Shown: positions 14,197 to 24,875 of the stretch, piece by piece
Layout: each line of letters starts with the position of its first letter
Position numbering within the stretch: the first letter of the stretch is position 1
Source of the DNA: Octopus sinensis
Taxonomy: Eukaryota
NCBI RefSeq assembly: GCF_006345805.1
Contig: NC_043009.1
Span: 8,060,001 to 8,124,000, forward strand
DNA length: 64,000 nt
Direction: 5' to 3'
The notes under the pieces: generated by a model
The model's database searches: none
The model's input: only the letters and a program-made list of their open reading frames with translations
What the model was told of the DNA's origin: nothing
Position numbers and translations under genes: made by a program

Positions 14197-14387
14197 ATCA
14201 TCATCATCATCATCGTTTAACGTCCGTTCTCCATGCTAGCATGGGTTGGACGGTTCGACCGGGGATCTGGGAAGCCAGAAGGCTGCACCAGGCTCCAGTC
14301 TTATCTGGCAGTGTTTCTACAGCTGGATGCCCTTCCTAACGCCAACCACTCCGTGAGTGTAGTGGGTGCTTTTTACGTGCCACCTGC
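14197..14387 (-). mobile_element. Young 5'-truncated RTE tail insertion with 6-bp TSD
   Basis: (CAT)n + RTE tail; actgtc at 14191-14196 and 14388-14393. Confidence 0.85.
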
Positions 14388-14611
14388 ACTGTCTTAATAA
14401 AAAAAAAAAAACACCGGAGAAATGAATCTAGCTCTGTGGAAAACAATATTGGGTGATCATGGCTGGAATGTCTCTGATCATCAGTCTGTTCAATCAGGAG
14501 CTGACCTGGGTTTAAACAACCACCACCAATTTATAATTAAGGTTATTATTTTACTAAATTCTTGATTATTTTCAAAATTAATTAGTATGTAGGTGGCATA
14601 TTTCATTCCAA

Positions 14612-14712
14612 GGGTGGGCAGAAAAGTTCATAGGTTGACTATGAAGGAGTGATGCTAAAGCTGCAAAATCTTACATGCATTAATTTCAACTCTTCTTGTT
14701 AATAACTGCATC
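14612..14712 (+). mobile_element. Mariner left-end fragment
   Basis: gggtgggcagaaaagttcatagg...tatgaaggagtgatgcta matches 27017 onward. Confidence 0.7.
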
Positions 14713-15150
14713 ATAGAAACATATTTCATGAAAGAATTAATTAATGATGTTGGATCTTTTAAGCTGCTCCAGTTAGCAAAACTTAGCTAGAACAGCAAAA
14801 CTCAAACACTTTGCTATTCTGTTTCTCTGAATATTCACTTTGCTTTCAATTCACTTGCACCATATTCTTGGCAAGAACACCACTTAAATCCCTGTAGGCC
14901 ATTCTTTGTTTGGCTATTTTTCAAAGCTCCTCTACTACAGAAACATTTCTCTATTTTTAAACATTTTCAACCATTTCTGTAATGGGTTGGATTCTTCAGT
15001 AAAATTAAATATTTACATGTAACACTTTGTACAGATATTTTACAGCTGGAAAATTAACTGTCTAGTGTAAACCACTCAAATTTGAAATGGCACTAAGTCA
15101 CTTTTATTTTTTTTTTAAATTCCAGCTAAACAACAAAACATAATATCACA

Positions 15151-15209
<59 letters not shown>

Positions 15210-15600
15210 TACTCTCACACGTGCTCTTTTCCTTTTGTTATACTTTTTAATGTGGTCAGCTTTTAAGAGAATTAGAATGTTTGTATGTTGTTGATTTGGC
15301 AGCAATATAGGGTGTTAACAGATAGTGTTGATGTGTCAGCAGTGTAGTACTTCAACAGGTGTCTCATTTCATCTGTCTTGGCACAGTACGATTGAGTAGT
15401 TGATTTGGACTCTACAGTATCATGCACCCCCTCCTCACATTGTATGTTGTCATAGCTTGACAACTGATTTAAATTGATCTCCTTAATTGACAGGTACTTT
15501 ATTTTATCAAACCTCTTGTCAAATGAAAAGCAAGGCTGACCTTGTTATTTGAAGTTTGAGTGAGAATAACCAGAAAAAAATAAAGGAACACTTAGTACTT

Positions 15601-15827
15601 ATTTCTTTACTACCCACAAGGGGCTTAACACAGAGAGGACAAACAAGGATAGACACACGGGTTAAGTCGGTTATATTGACCCCAGTGCGTAACTGGTATT
15701 TATTTAATCGACCCCAAAAGGATGAAAGGCAAAGTCGACCTTGGGGGAATTTGAACTCAGAACGTAGCGGCAGATGAAATACTGCTAAGCATTTCTCCCG
15801 GCGTGCAAACGTTTCTGCCAGCTCGCC
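15601..15827 (-). mobile_element. SINE family B (ggcgagctggcagaaacg head) with 18-bp TSD
   Basis: gagttcaaattcc B-box on the minus strand, central gcctttcatcctttYggggtcgat domain; aaggRacacttagtactt at 15583-15600 and 15829-15846. Confidence 0.9.
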
Positions 15828-15914
15828 TAAGGGACACTTAGTACTTGTCTTGATTCCACAACAACAGAAAATTCTCATACATAGTTTACCAGAGGTGCCA
15901 AAATTTGAAGGGCA

Positions 15915-16066
15915 ATTTGTATAATGCTTGTATATGAACTACAGTGTCTCATGGTAGTGAGACATGGTCCTTGAATAATGTTAGCATGCATGAACTGGGT
16001 ATAAAGGAATTGGACGTAGAGCAAGAGAGAAGGTTGCATACTAGTATGGGCATGTGATGCATAGAG
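15915..16066. mobile_element. Old dispersed repeat (possibly a LINE 3' fragment); second copy 28655-28800, partial copy ~50815-50875
   Basis: Shared tgtctcatggtagtgagacat and catgaactgggtataaaggaattgga. Confidence 0.55.
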
Positions 16067-17374
16067 AACTAGCAAACACAACCGTCCTTTGGATGGTTTA
16101 AGTTGCTTTTGTGGTGTTTTTTTTTTACCAAATAATTGAACTACTGAGAAGGTTTATGAAGTAGCATGGCAATCTATGTTTCTGATTAACCAAGTAATGG
16201 AAAATCAAATTGAAGGCTGGTTATTGTGGAGGTTGTTGCATTTTAATGATCATAGATATAAGTTCGCAAGCGATGCAAAGTAGAGGTACTGAAGTGTTTA
16301 GGGAGTTGATTACAGATAATGACTACAAAATATTGTTGTTTTTACAAGAAAGCAAAATTTCTTGTTGGAAACTGCCACATAAATGGTGTAAAGAAATTGA
16401 AGTTGAAACTTCCTCTCTGCGAGATAATTTTTTTCAACAGCAAAGGGAGCTATTTTTTTGGAGAGATAAGCTAACAAAAGCCCCTTTATTCTTCCCACAT
16501 ATATGTTTGTATGTCTGTATTTGTCCCCCCCAACATTGTTTGATAACCTATGTTGGTGTCTTTATGTCCCCATGACTTAGTGGTTTGGTGAAAGAGACTA
16601 CAGAATAAGTACAAGGCTTACAAAAAATAAGTCCTGGGGGTCGATTTGCTTGACTAAAAGCAGTGCTCCAGCATGGCTGCAGTCAAATGATTGAAACAAA
16701 TAGAAGAATATCACCATCATCATCATTTAATGTCCATCTTCTGTGCATGCATATGTAGGACAGCTGACAGGAGCTGGCCAGGTAGAAAATCTGCCGAGGC
16801 TACTGTGTCTGTTTCTATATAGTTCAGATTTGCACAGAAAACAAATATAAGCATATATTTGTGTGTGTGTGTGTGTGTGTACAATTGTATGTATATATCC
16901 ATATATGAATGCATGTGTATATATGTGTGTATTTAGATTCCAGCCTGCCTGTCTGATTAAGAAGTTTTGTTTCTAACCATATGGGTTTAGGTTCAGGCAT
17001 CTAGTGCAAGTGTCTTCTACTACAGCCCCAGTCCAACCAAGACCTTGTGAGTATATGTAAGTAGACTGAAACTGAAAGAAGCCCATTGGATGTATGTGTG
17101 GGTGTGTGCATGCATGTCTGAGTGAGTGTGTGAGTTTCTATTTCTCTTGCATTCACTGGTTTGCAAGCAATGGCTTCTTGATTGTTCAGTTGCTTATAAT
17201 CCAGCACAAAAACATGTCCAGGCTGCTTGTTGTTTGATAGCACTGGGAGATTATTATCTCAATAACAAGGGAGTTTGGCTATAGTCTCACTCGGAAACAA
17301 TAAGAACTGGCAACAAGACTTTTGGCCCTTGGCCCAAGCATGAAATGTTGATGTTATAATAATAACAACAATGA

Positions 17375-17549
17375 TAATCCTTTCTACTAAAGGCACAAGG
17401 CCTCAAATTTTGGTGGGAAGAGGCTAGTTGATTACATCGACAACCCCCCCCCCCCAATGTATAACTGATACTTAATTTATTGACCCTGAAAGGATGAAAG
17501 GCAAAGTCAACCTTGACGGAATTTGAACTCAGAACATAGAGGCAGAGGA

Positions 17550-17582
<33 letters not shown>

Positions 17583-17845
17583 CCTTTCTTCATTAGCCAC
17601 ACGGGCTGACAAAAGTAATGTAATAATAATAATCCTTTCTACTAAAGGTGCAAGGCCTGAAATTTTGTGGTGGGGTGGGGGGGCAGTTGATTAGATCATT
17701 CCTTGTTTACAACTGGTACTTATATGATTGACCCCAGAAAGATGAAAGGTAAAGTCAACCTTGTCATAATTTGAACTCAGAATGTGAAGACAGATGAAAT
17801 ACCACTAAGTATTTTATCTAGTGTGCAAATGATTCTGCCACCTCA
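17375..17845 (-). mobile_element. Cluster of older family-B SINE pieces with (AAT)n
   Basis: Repeated aataatcctttctactaaagg and gaaaggcaaagtcaaccttg..aatttgaactcagaa. Confidence 0.75.
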
Positions 17846-18369
17846 CCATAGATCTATTTTTTGTGTATGTATGAATGTGTGTGCGTATACATTTGTGCAT
17901 GTGTATATGTGTTTATGTATGCATGTGTGTGTGTATGTGTGTATCTGCATTTGTTTACATCTGTGTTTGTTTACATCTGCAACTTCGTGTTTTTGTCAGT
18001 TTGCGCTGTCAGCAAATCGCCTCATTCCTTCATACCTTCAAAGCCGTGTAGAATATGCAATCGCTTATTTAGAAAACAAGTAAAAGTTAGCATCAGAAAA
18101 GCATCTGGCTGTAAAACAATGCTTCAGATAACTTGTTTGTCCAAACTATGAAATCCCAGAAAAACAGGCATAAAAGGGATGCACAAATACATCATCATCA
18201 TCATCGTCATCATCATTTAACGTCCGCTTTCCATGCTAGCATGGGTTGGACGGTTCAACTGGGGTCTGGGGAGCCCGAAAGCTGCACCAGTCCAGTCAGA
18301 TCTGGCAGTGTTTCTACAGCTGGATGCCCTTCCTAACGCCAACCACTCCAAGAGTGTAGTGGGTGATTT

Positions 18370-20066
18370 TATGTGCCACCGACACAGGTGCCAGACGAGG
18401 CTGGCAAACGGCCATGCTCGGATGGTGTTTTTTTATGTGCCACCGACACAGGTGCCAGACGAGGCTGGCAGACGGCCACGCTCGGATGGTGTTTTTATGT
18501 GCCACCGACACAGGTGCCAGATGAGGCTGGCAAAACGGCCACGATCGGATGGTGCTTGTTACGTGCCCACAGCACGGAGACCAGTCGATGCGGTACTGGC
18601 TACGGCCACGTTCGGATGGTTTTCTTGTGTGCCATGTGCCACAAGGATACAAATTCCATTGATGTTCATCTATTTTGATTTGTTTTGATTTGATTTTCAC
18701 TTGCCTCAACAGGTCTTCACAAGTGTCACAAGAAGGAAGGTATGCACAGGTGGACTGACTACGTGCCAGGTAGGGGCCATGGGTTATGGCCTGACTAGTC
18801 TTGCCGGGTCTTCGGATGGTTTTTTATGTGCCACCGACACAGGTGCTAGATGAGGCTGGCGAACGGCCACGATCGGATGGGGTTTGTCATGTGCCCACCG
18901 CACTGACTACAGCACTGATGGATTTCTTGTGTGCCACAGGCACTGGTACCACAAGATACAAATTCCATTGATGTTCATCTATTTGTCTATTTTGATTTGA
19001 TTTGATTTGATTTGATTTGATTTTCACTTGCCTCAACCGGTCTTCACAGGTGTCACAAGAGGAAGGTATGCACAGGTGGACTGACTAGTCTTGCCGGGTC
19101 TTCGGAAGGTGTTTTTATGTGCCACCGACACAGGTGCCAGATGAGGCTGGCGAACGGCCATGATCGGATGGTGTTTGTTACGTGCCCACAGCACGGAGGC
19201 CGGTCGATGCGGAACTGGCTACGGCCACGTTCGGATGGTTCTCTTGTGTGCCACCGGCACTGGTACCACAAAGTGTGCCACCGGCACTGGTACCACAAAG
19301 ATACAGATTCCATTGATGTTCATCTATTTTGATTTATTTTGATTTTCACTTGCCTCAACAGGTCTTCACAAGTGTCACAAGAAGGAAGGTATGCACAGGT
19401 GGACTGACTACGTCCCAGGTAGGGGCCATGGGTTATGGTCTGACTAGTCTTGCCGGGTCTTTGGATGGTGTTTTTATGTGCCACTGACACAGGTGCTAGA
19501 TGAGGCTGGCGAACGGCCACGATCGGATGGTGTTTGTCATGTGCCCACAGCACGGAGGCCAGTCGATGCGGTACTGGCTACGGCCACTTTCGGATGGTTT
19601 TCTCTTGTGTGCCACCGGCACTGGTACCACAAAGATACAAATTCCATTGATGTTCATCTATTTTGATTTGTTTTGATTTTCACTTGCCTCAACAGGTCTT
19701 CACAAGTGTCGCAAGAAGGAAGGTATGTACAGGTGGACTGACTACGTCCCAGGTAGGGCCCACGGGTTATGACCTGACTAGTCTTGCCGGGTCTTCGGAT
19801 GGTGTTTTTATGTGCCACCATGTTCCCACATCACGGAGGCGAGTCGACGCGGTACTGGCTACGGCCACGTTCGGATGGTTTTCTTGTGTGCCGCAGGCAC
19901 TGGTACCACAAAGATACAAATTCCATTGATGTTCATCTATTTTGATTGATTTTCACTTGCCTCAGCAGGTCTTCACAAGTGTCACAAGAAGGAAGGTATG
20001 CACAGGTGGATCGACTACGTCCCAGGTAGGGGCCACGGGATATGGCCTGACTAGTCCTGCCGGGTC
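18370..20066. repeat. Higher-order tandem array in the RTE 3' UTR: five 273-359 bp units built partly from ~62-bp subunits
   Basis: ctagtcYtgccgggtc anchors at 18795, 19085, 19444, 19778, 20051; gatgttcatctattt anchors at 18661, 18970, 19315, 19649, 19928. Confidence 0.92.
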
Positions 20067-21456
20067 CTCTCATGCACAGCACACTTCCATAGGACTCGGT
20101 CTTCAGTCATTTCCTTGGTGAGACCTAAAGTTCGAAGGTTGTGCTTCACCACCTCGTCCCAGGTTTTCCTGGGTCTACCTCTTCCACAGGTTCCCTCAAC
20201 TGCTAGGGTGTAGCACTTTTGCACACAACTATCTTCAGCCATTCTCGTCACATGACCATACCAGCGCAGCCGTCTCTCTTGCACACCACAACTGACCCTT
20301 CTTAGGTTCAACTTTTCTCTCAAAGTACTTACACTCTGACGATTATGAACACTGACATTACACATCCATCGGAGCATACTGGCTTCATTTCTTGCAAGCT
20401 TACGCATATCCTCAGCTGTCACGGCCCATGTTTCACTACCATGTAGCATGGCTGTACGTACACACGCATCATATAGTCTGCCTTTTACTCTTAGCGAGAG
20501 GCCTTTTGTCACCAGCAGGGGTAAGAGCTCTCTAAACTTTGCCCAGGCTATTCTTACTCTAGCAGTTACACTTTCAGCACACCCACCCCGCTACTGACTT
20601 GGTCTCCTAGGTAGCGGAGCTATCAACTACTTCTAGTTTGTCTCCCTGGAACGTGGTAGAAGTTGGTCTCTGCACATTTCCAGTGTTTATTTCTCTTGAG
20701 CATCTGCCACAGACAAAAACTATTTCTTAGTTAGCCTTCCTTTGACATTGCTGCACCTCTTATGTGTCCATAGCTTACACTTGGTGCACCTTATAGAGTT
20801 TCTACCTACACCTTTTTTACAGATCGAGCAGGGCCATCTACCTGAAGTCGTTTGTGGTTGGTCCACCTTCCTACTTATTAGGACTTTGGTTTTGGCTAGG
20901 TTGATTCTAAGGCCCTTCGATTCTAATCCTTGTTTCCACACCTGAAACTTCTCCTCCAGTTCTGATAGTGACTCAGCAATTAGAGCAAGGTCATCAGCAT
21001 ATAGGAGCTCCCAGGGGCATCCTGTCTTAAATTCTTCCGTTATTGTCTGGAGGACTATGATAAATAGGAGGGGGCTGAGGACTGAACCTTGGTGGACCCC
21101 AACCTCTACCCGGAATTCTTCACTGTACTCGTTGCCAACCCTCACCTTACTAGCTGCATCTCTGTACATGGCTCGCACAGCTCTCACTAACCATTCATCT
21201 ATCCCTAGTTTCCTCATTGACCACCAGATAAGGGATCGGGGGACCCTGTCAAAGGCTTTCTCTAAGTCAACAAAAGCCAGGTACAAGGGCTTACCTTTGG
21301 CTAGGTATTTCTCCTGCAGCTGTCTTACCAGGAATATAGCATCAGTAGTACTTTTCCCTGGCACGAACCCAAACTGCATATCATCTAAGCTAACTCTCTC
21401 TCTAATTACTGGGCTATAACCCTCTCCGTAACCTTCATTACCTGATCCAATAGCTT
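20051..21456 (-). pseudogene. RTE reverse transcriptase ORF, C-terminal part, broken by four apparent 1-bp deletions
   Basis: ORFs 20720-21379 and 20051-20512 join via IVFVCGRC...KLEVVDS[F]RYLGDQVSSG[G]GCAESVTARVRIAWAKFRELLPLL when single bases are restored. Confidence 0.9.
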
Positions 21457-22093
21457 ACGTGTATAAATATGTGTATGCATAAACGTGTATGTGTGTGCAT
21501 ATATTTGCATATATGTGTGGGTATGTGTGTGTGTGTATGTATATATATATATATATATATACATACACACATACATTTACACAGACACACAAGCACACAT
21601 TTATATATATAATCCTCTTAATATCCACATTTCCAGCTTCCTGGATACCCTTCTTGTCACCAGCTCTCACTTGTTTCCAAGCAAGGTAATGTTTCCCTTG
21701 GAAATGACACTGCTTTTAAGACTGTCACTCATTTACAAGTGGCACATGATGTTAAGAGACAGGAAAACATCCCCCTCCCCCATACACACATGACAGGCTT
21801 CTTTCAGTTTCCAACCACCAAATCCACTGGCAAGGATTTGACAACGGCTATACTGCAAGAAACTTGCCCAGTGTGTTATACTGTAGGGTTGAATCCAAAT
21901 AGTTGGGAAGCAAGCATCTTAACCACACAATATATACAGTGACCCACAAAAGTTTACAACACACAGTCAAAAATCCAAGTTTTGCATATATTGAATTAAT
22001 GTAAATTAATGAAATTTCCACCATATATGAAGTTTTTGGTAACAAATCCAATGCAAAAACCAGAATTTCATAATAATGAACAGAACCAATTTT

Positions 22094-22505
22094 GGATCTT
22101 TTCGGTTTGAATGGCAGTTTTTTCTAGCTGTGTCATATGAAATTGTCACCCTTAATTATGACCCTAGTATTCATCTATTGCATTTCAATCTGTTTTAGGG
22201 TTAGGGGTGGGGGGAAGGGTATCTTTTTTTCTTCAGAAATGTAAATAAACCCAATCTGTTTCTTAAATGAGGGACATATTCATATGGCACAGAATGCTTT
22301 TAACCTCAATAGACGTCATTGATTGGTTGAAATTGCAGAAATTGGAGAAAAACAACAACAAATATCTTACAAACTATAGAATTTTCTCAATAAAGCCAAG
22401 AGAAAAAGATGTTTTATAAACACATTCTACCAGTATACGAAGTTTAAAAGTGTTTAGTTACACGGAAATTATTTTTAAAAACTGCCATTCAAACCGAAAA
22501 GATCC
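22094..22505. mobile_element. MITE with perfect 29-bp TIRs, superfamily unassigned
   Basis: ggatcttttcggtttgaatggcagttttt ... aaaaactgccattcaaaccgaaaagatcc; possible 8-bp TSD ccaatttt/caaatttt. Confidence 0.9.
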
Positions 22506-22561
22506 CAAATTTTATGTGGCAAAAAGTTGAAATTCAAAATGCAAAAGTTTACAACACACTT

Positions 22562-22772
22562 AACTCAATTGATATCAAAAGTTATTCATCACCATGAGGC
22601 GAACACGAGCAATGTTTTCCTTTTGAAGTCTTCTTTGAACTGTCAGATGCCAGTTTAGCTGGAAAGAAACAGTACAGTTATTAATAAGTAGACCAGAAAT
22701 TAATGCATGCAAGATTTCAGAGCCCTAGCATCACTCCTTCATAGTTAACCTATGAGCTTTTCAGCCCACCCA
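22562..22772 (-). mobile_element. Mariner left end, inverted copy of 27017-27235
   Basis: Reverse complement aligns over ~210 bp. Confidence 0.85.
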
Positions 22773-22810
22773 CACATATATGTCTACATATTATGTATAT
22801 ATATATATAT

Positions 22811-24790
22811 ATAAAATTCGTTAATTTTAATGATTCTTTCCTTTAATTATGTTTAAATAAATATATATATATATATTTAAGCATAATTAAAGGATAGAAT
22901 CAAAATTAGTGAATTTTATCAGTGGCCGGCATATAAAAAATAAAACCTTTTAGGTAAAATACATGTATAAAATATATATTTGTATAGGTTATAATTATAA
23001 TTAAGGGCACGGAAGTTACCATTCCTATATGCTGAAAATAGACATCAAATATGTCCAGCCACTGTAGATCCTCATTTCACATATACACATGTTGAAAGTC
23101 GGAAAGCGGACTGACTAAAAATTCACTAGCCCATGAAAAGTGTGGATGCATACTAACAATATTCTTAACAATTAAACCTGGAAAAGCAGAGAACAAGAAA
23201 AAACTCATTAAAATTAGAGCTTAAAATATTGCTGGTAAAATTAAAATTAAAAAGTACCTCTTAGGTAGTTTTTCATATTCTTTTAAAAAATTCAATTAAT
23301 TTCATTTTTCCCTTATTTTAACTTTATTTTTTTGTACTAAATGAATTAATAAAAAAAAATTAATTTTACCAGCAATATTTTAAGCTCTAATTTTAATGAG
23401 TTTTTTCTTGCCCTCTGCTTTTCCAGGTTTAATTGTTAAGAATATTGTTAGTATATGTCCGCATTTTTCATTGGCTAGTCCAGTGTTTTTACAGGCATTG
23501 CTGTTATAGTAAAATTTTAATTAAAAATATATAAAATTACCATTTTTTTGTAGTCATTTTGAATTCAAAAATTTTCAAGAAAATTCAAACAAAATTTTGG
23601 TTTTTTCATTTGACTAATTCTCATTTAGAAATTAAATAAAAAATGAATGATAATCATTGCAACTTTGCCTTTTCTGGACATAATGTACGTACTGTCATTT
23701 CAGTACTTTACAGAGACAAAGTTACAAATGAATATATTTAAAGAATTTTAAAATAATGAAAAAAAAATGAGGATACAAATTTAATAAAATGACTATGTTA
23801 AATAAATTAAATTAAACTAAATTAATATTGAATAGAATATAATTACAAGTAGCATTTGCCTTTTCTGAACAGCCTTACTACAGACTTCAGCACTGCTCAT
23901 AGAGACAAAGCCACAAATAATCATATTCTGTTTACTATAAAATTAATAAATAAATTATAAATAGTAATTTTTAGCATGCAAATAACCTCCATGTTTAAAA
24001 ATTTAAAAATAGTGAAAATTGACTGTTAAAATATTTGAATTTTTGCCATTTGCCTTTTTCTGAACAGCCCTACTACATGATTCAGTAATGCTCATAGAGA
24101 CAAAATAAAAAAAAAAAGAAATTTATTAAATAATTTTGTTATTAAAATAATTCATTCAAAAATGGACTTTTAAAAAGCCATATTACAAAAAATTAAGCAA
24201 AAGAAATTTAATTGTTTATAAAAAATAATTTAGACTAATGAAAATAAATATTAGAACTCTTTGTATCGATTTGTGTTGTCTTTTATCTTTTATTGTGTGT
24301 GCCTAAGAAATAGCTTAGTTCATATATGAGTAGTGTCCCTTTAATATCATGCAAAAATTGATAAAAATTTGAGAATCAAAATTAAATATCTTTTTTTTCT
24401 AATGGATAAAATTTTTATGAAATCTTTACTAATATATTCCTTTAACATTTCTCTTTTATATTAATATCAATATAATAACTCTTAATCAAAATTAAAAGAC
24501 TGGTGTGGATTCAAAGTGTCGATGTCGAGTGTTACTACCCGTCAGTCAACCAGTTTGGTCTATACATTTTTTCTCTTAACTTTTGTTCTACTGCAACAGA
24601 TTTTAAGTATTTATGTCTAAATGTAGCTTAACACTAGTCAAACATAATGAAAAAGCTAAATTTGATTTCGATTAAAACTGAATTAGTGAGACTGCTTGGA
24701 AGATGCTGACTGCGGCAAAAAAGCTACGTTAAGAATATTATTCAACTCCTACCATTGTTGAATGATAGAATAATTCTTAAAACTATCTGA
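22811..24790. mobile_element. AT-rich non-coding insertion in a (TA)n tract, with inverted repeats and a triplicated hairpin motif; possibly PLE terminal-repeat derived
   Basis: Interrupts one arm of an inverted duplication; internal IRs at 22811-22919 and 23125-23479; family assignment is inference. Confidence 0.45.
23125..23479. repeat. Inverted repeat, ~120-bp arms, ~115-bp spacer
   Basis: 23151-23244 vs 23360-23453 differ at 2 of 94 positions. Confidence 0.92.
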
Positions 24791-24875
24791 ATTATGTATA
24801 CACTTCAGCAATGTAACTACACTCATGCTGTTGGTGATTTTTTTTTTCCTTTTTCGGATTTTCCCCTTTTACTTT

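Larger units (their letters stand above)
18190..21456 (-). mobile_element. 5'-truncated RTE-clade non-LTR retrotransposon with amplified 3' UTR and (GAT)n tail
   Basis: RT motifs QFGF, FVDLEKAFD, GVHQGSVLSPLLF, LYADD, YLG; RTE C-terminus LHGSETW...RRLRWYGHV...GRGRPRKTW; tail at 18190-18216. Confidence 0.95.

Noticed and set aside
18233-19929. Overlapping plus-strand ORFs with repeated MCHRHRCQ peptides
   Set aside because: Antisense translations of the GC-rich UTR array
18370-20066. CRISPR-like or DGR-like array next to an RT
   Set aside because: Intervening sequences are homologous rather than unique spacers, there are no cas genes, and the RT is a eukaryotic non-LTR RTE type; this is a 3' UTR amplification
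22195-22206. Telomeric TTAGGG repeats
   Set aside because: Only two units, internal to a MITE
23855-24104. SECIS elements on the minus strand
   Set aside because: AUGA-to-AA spacing is 9 nt, shorter than typical; copy 1 lacks AUGA; no selenoprotein ORF is visible. Kept only as an unclassified motif
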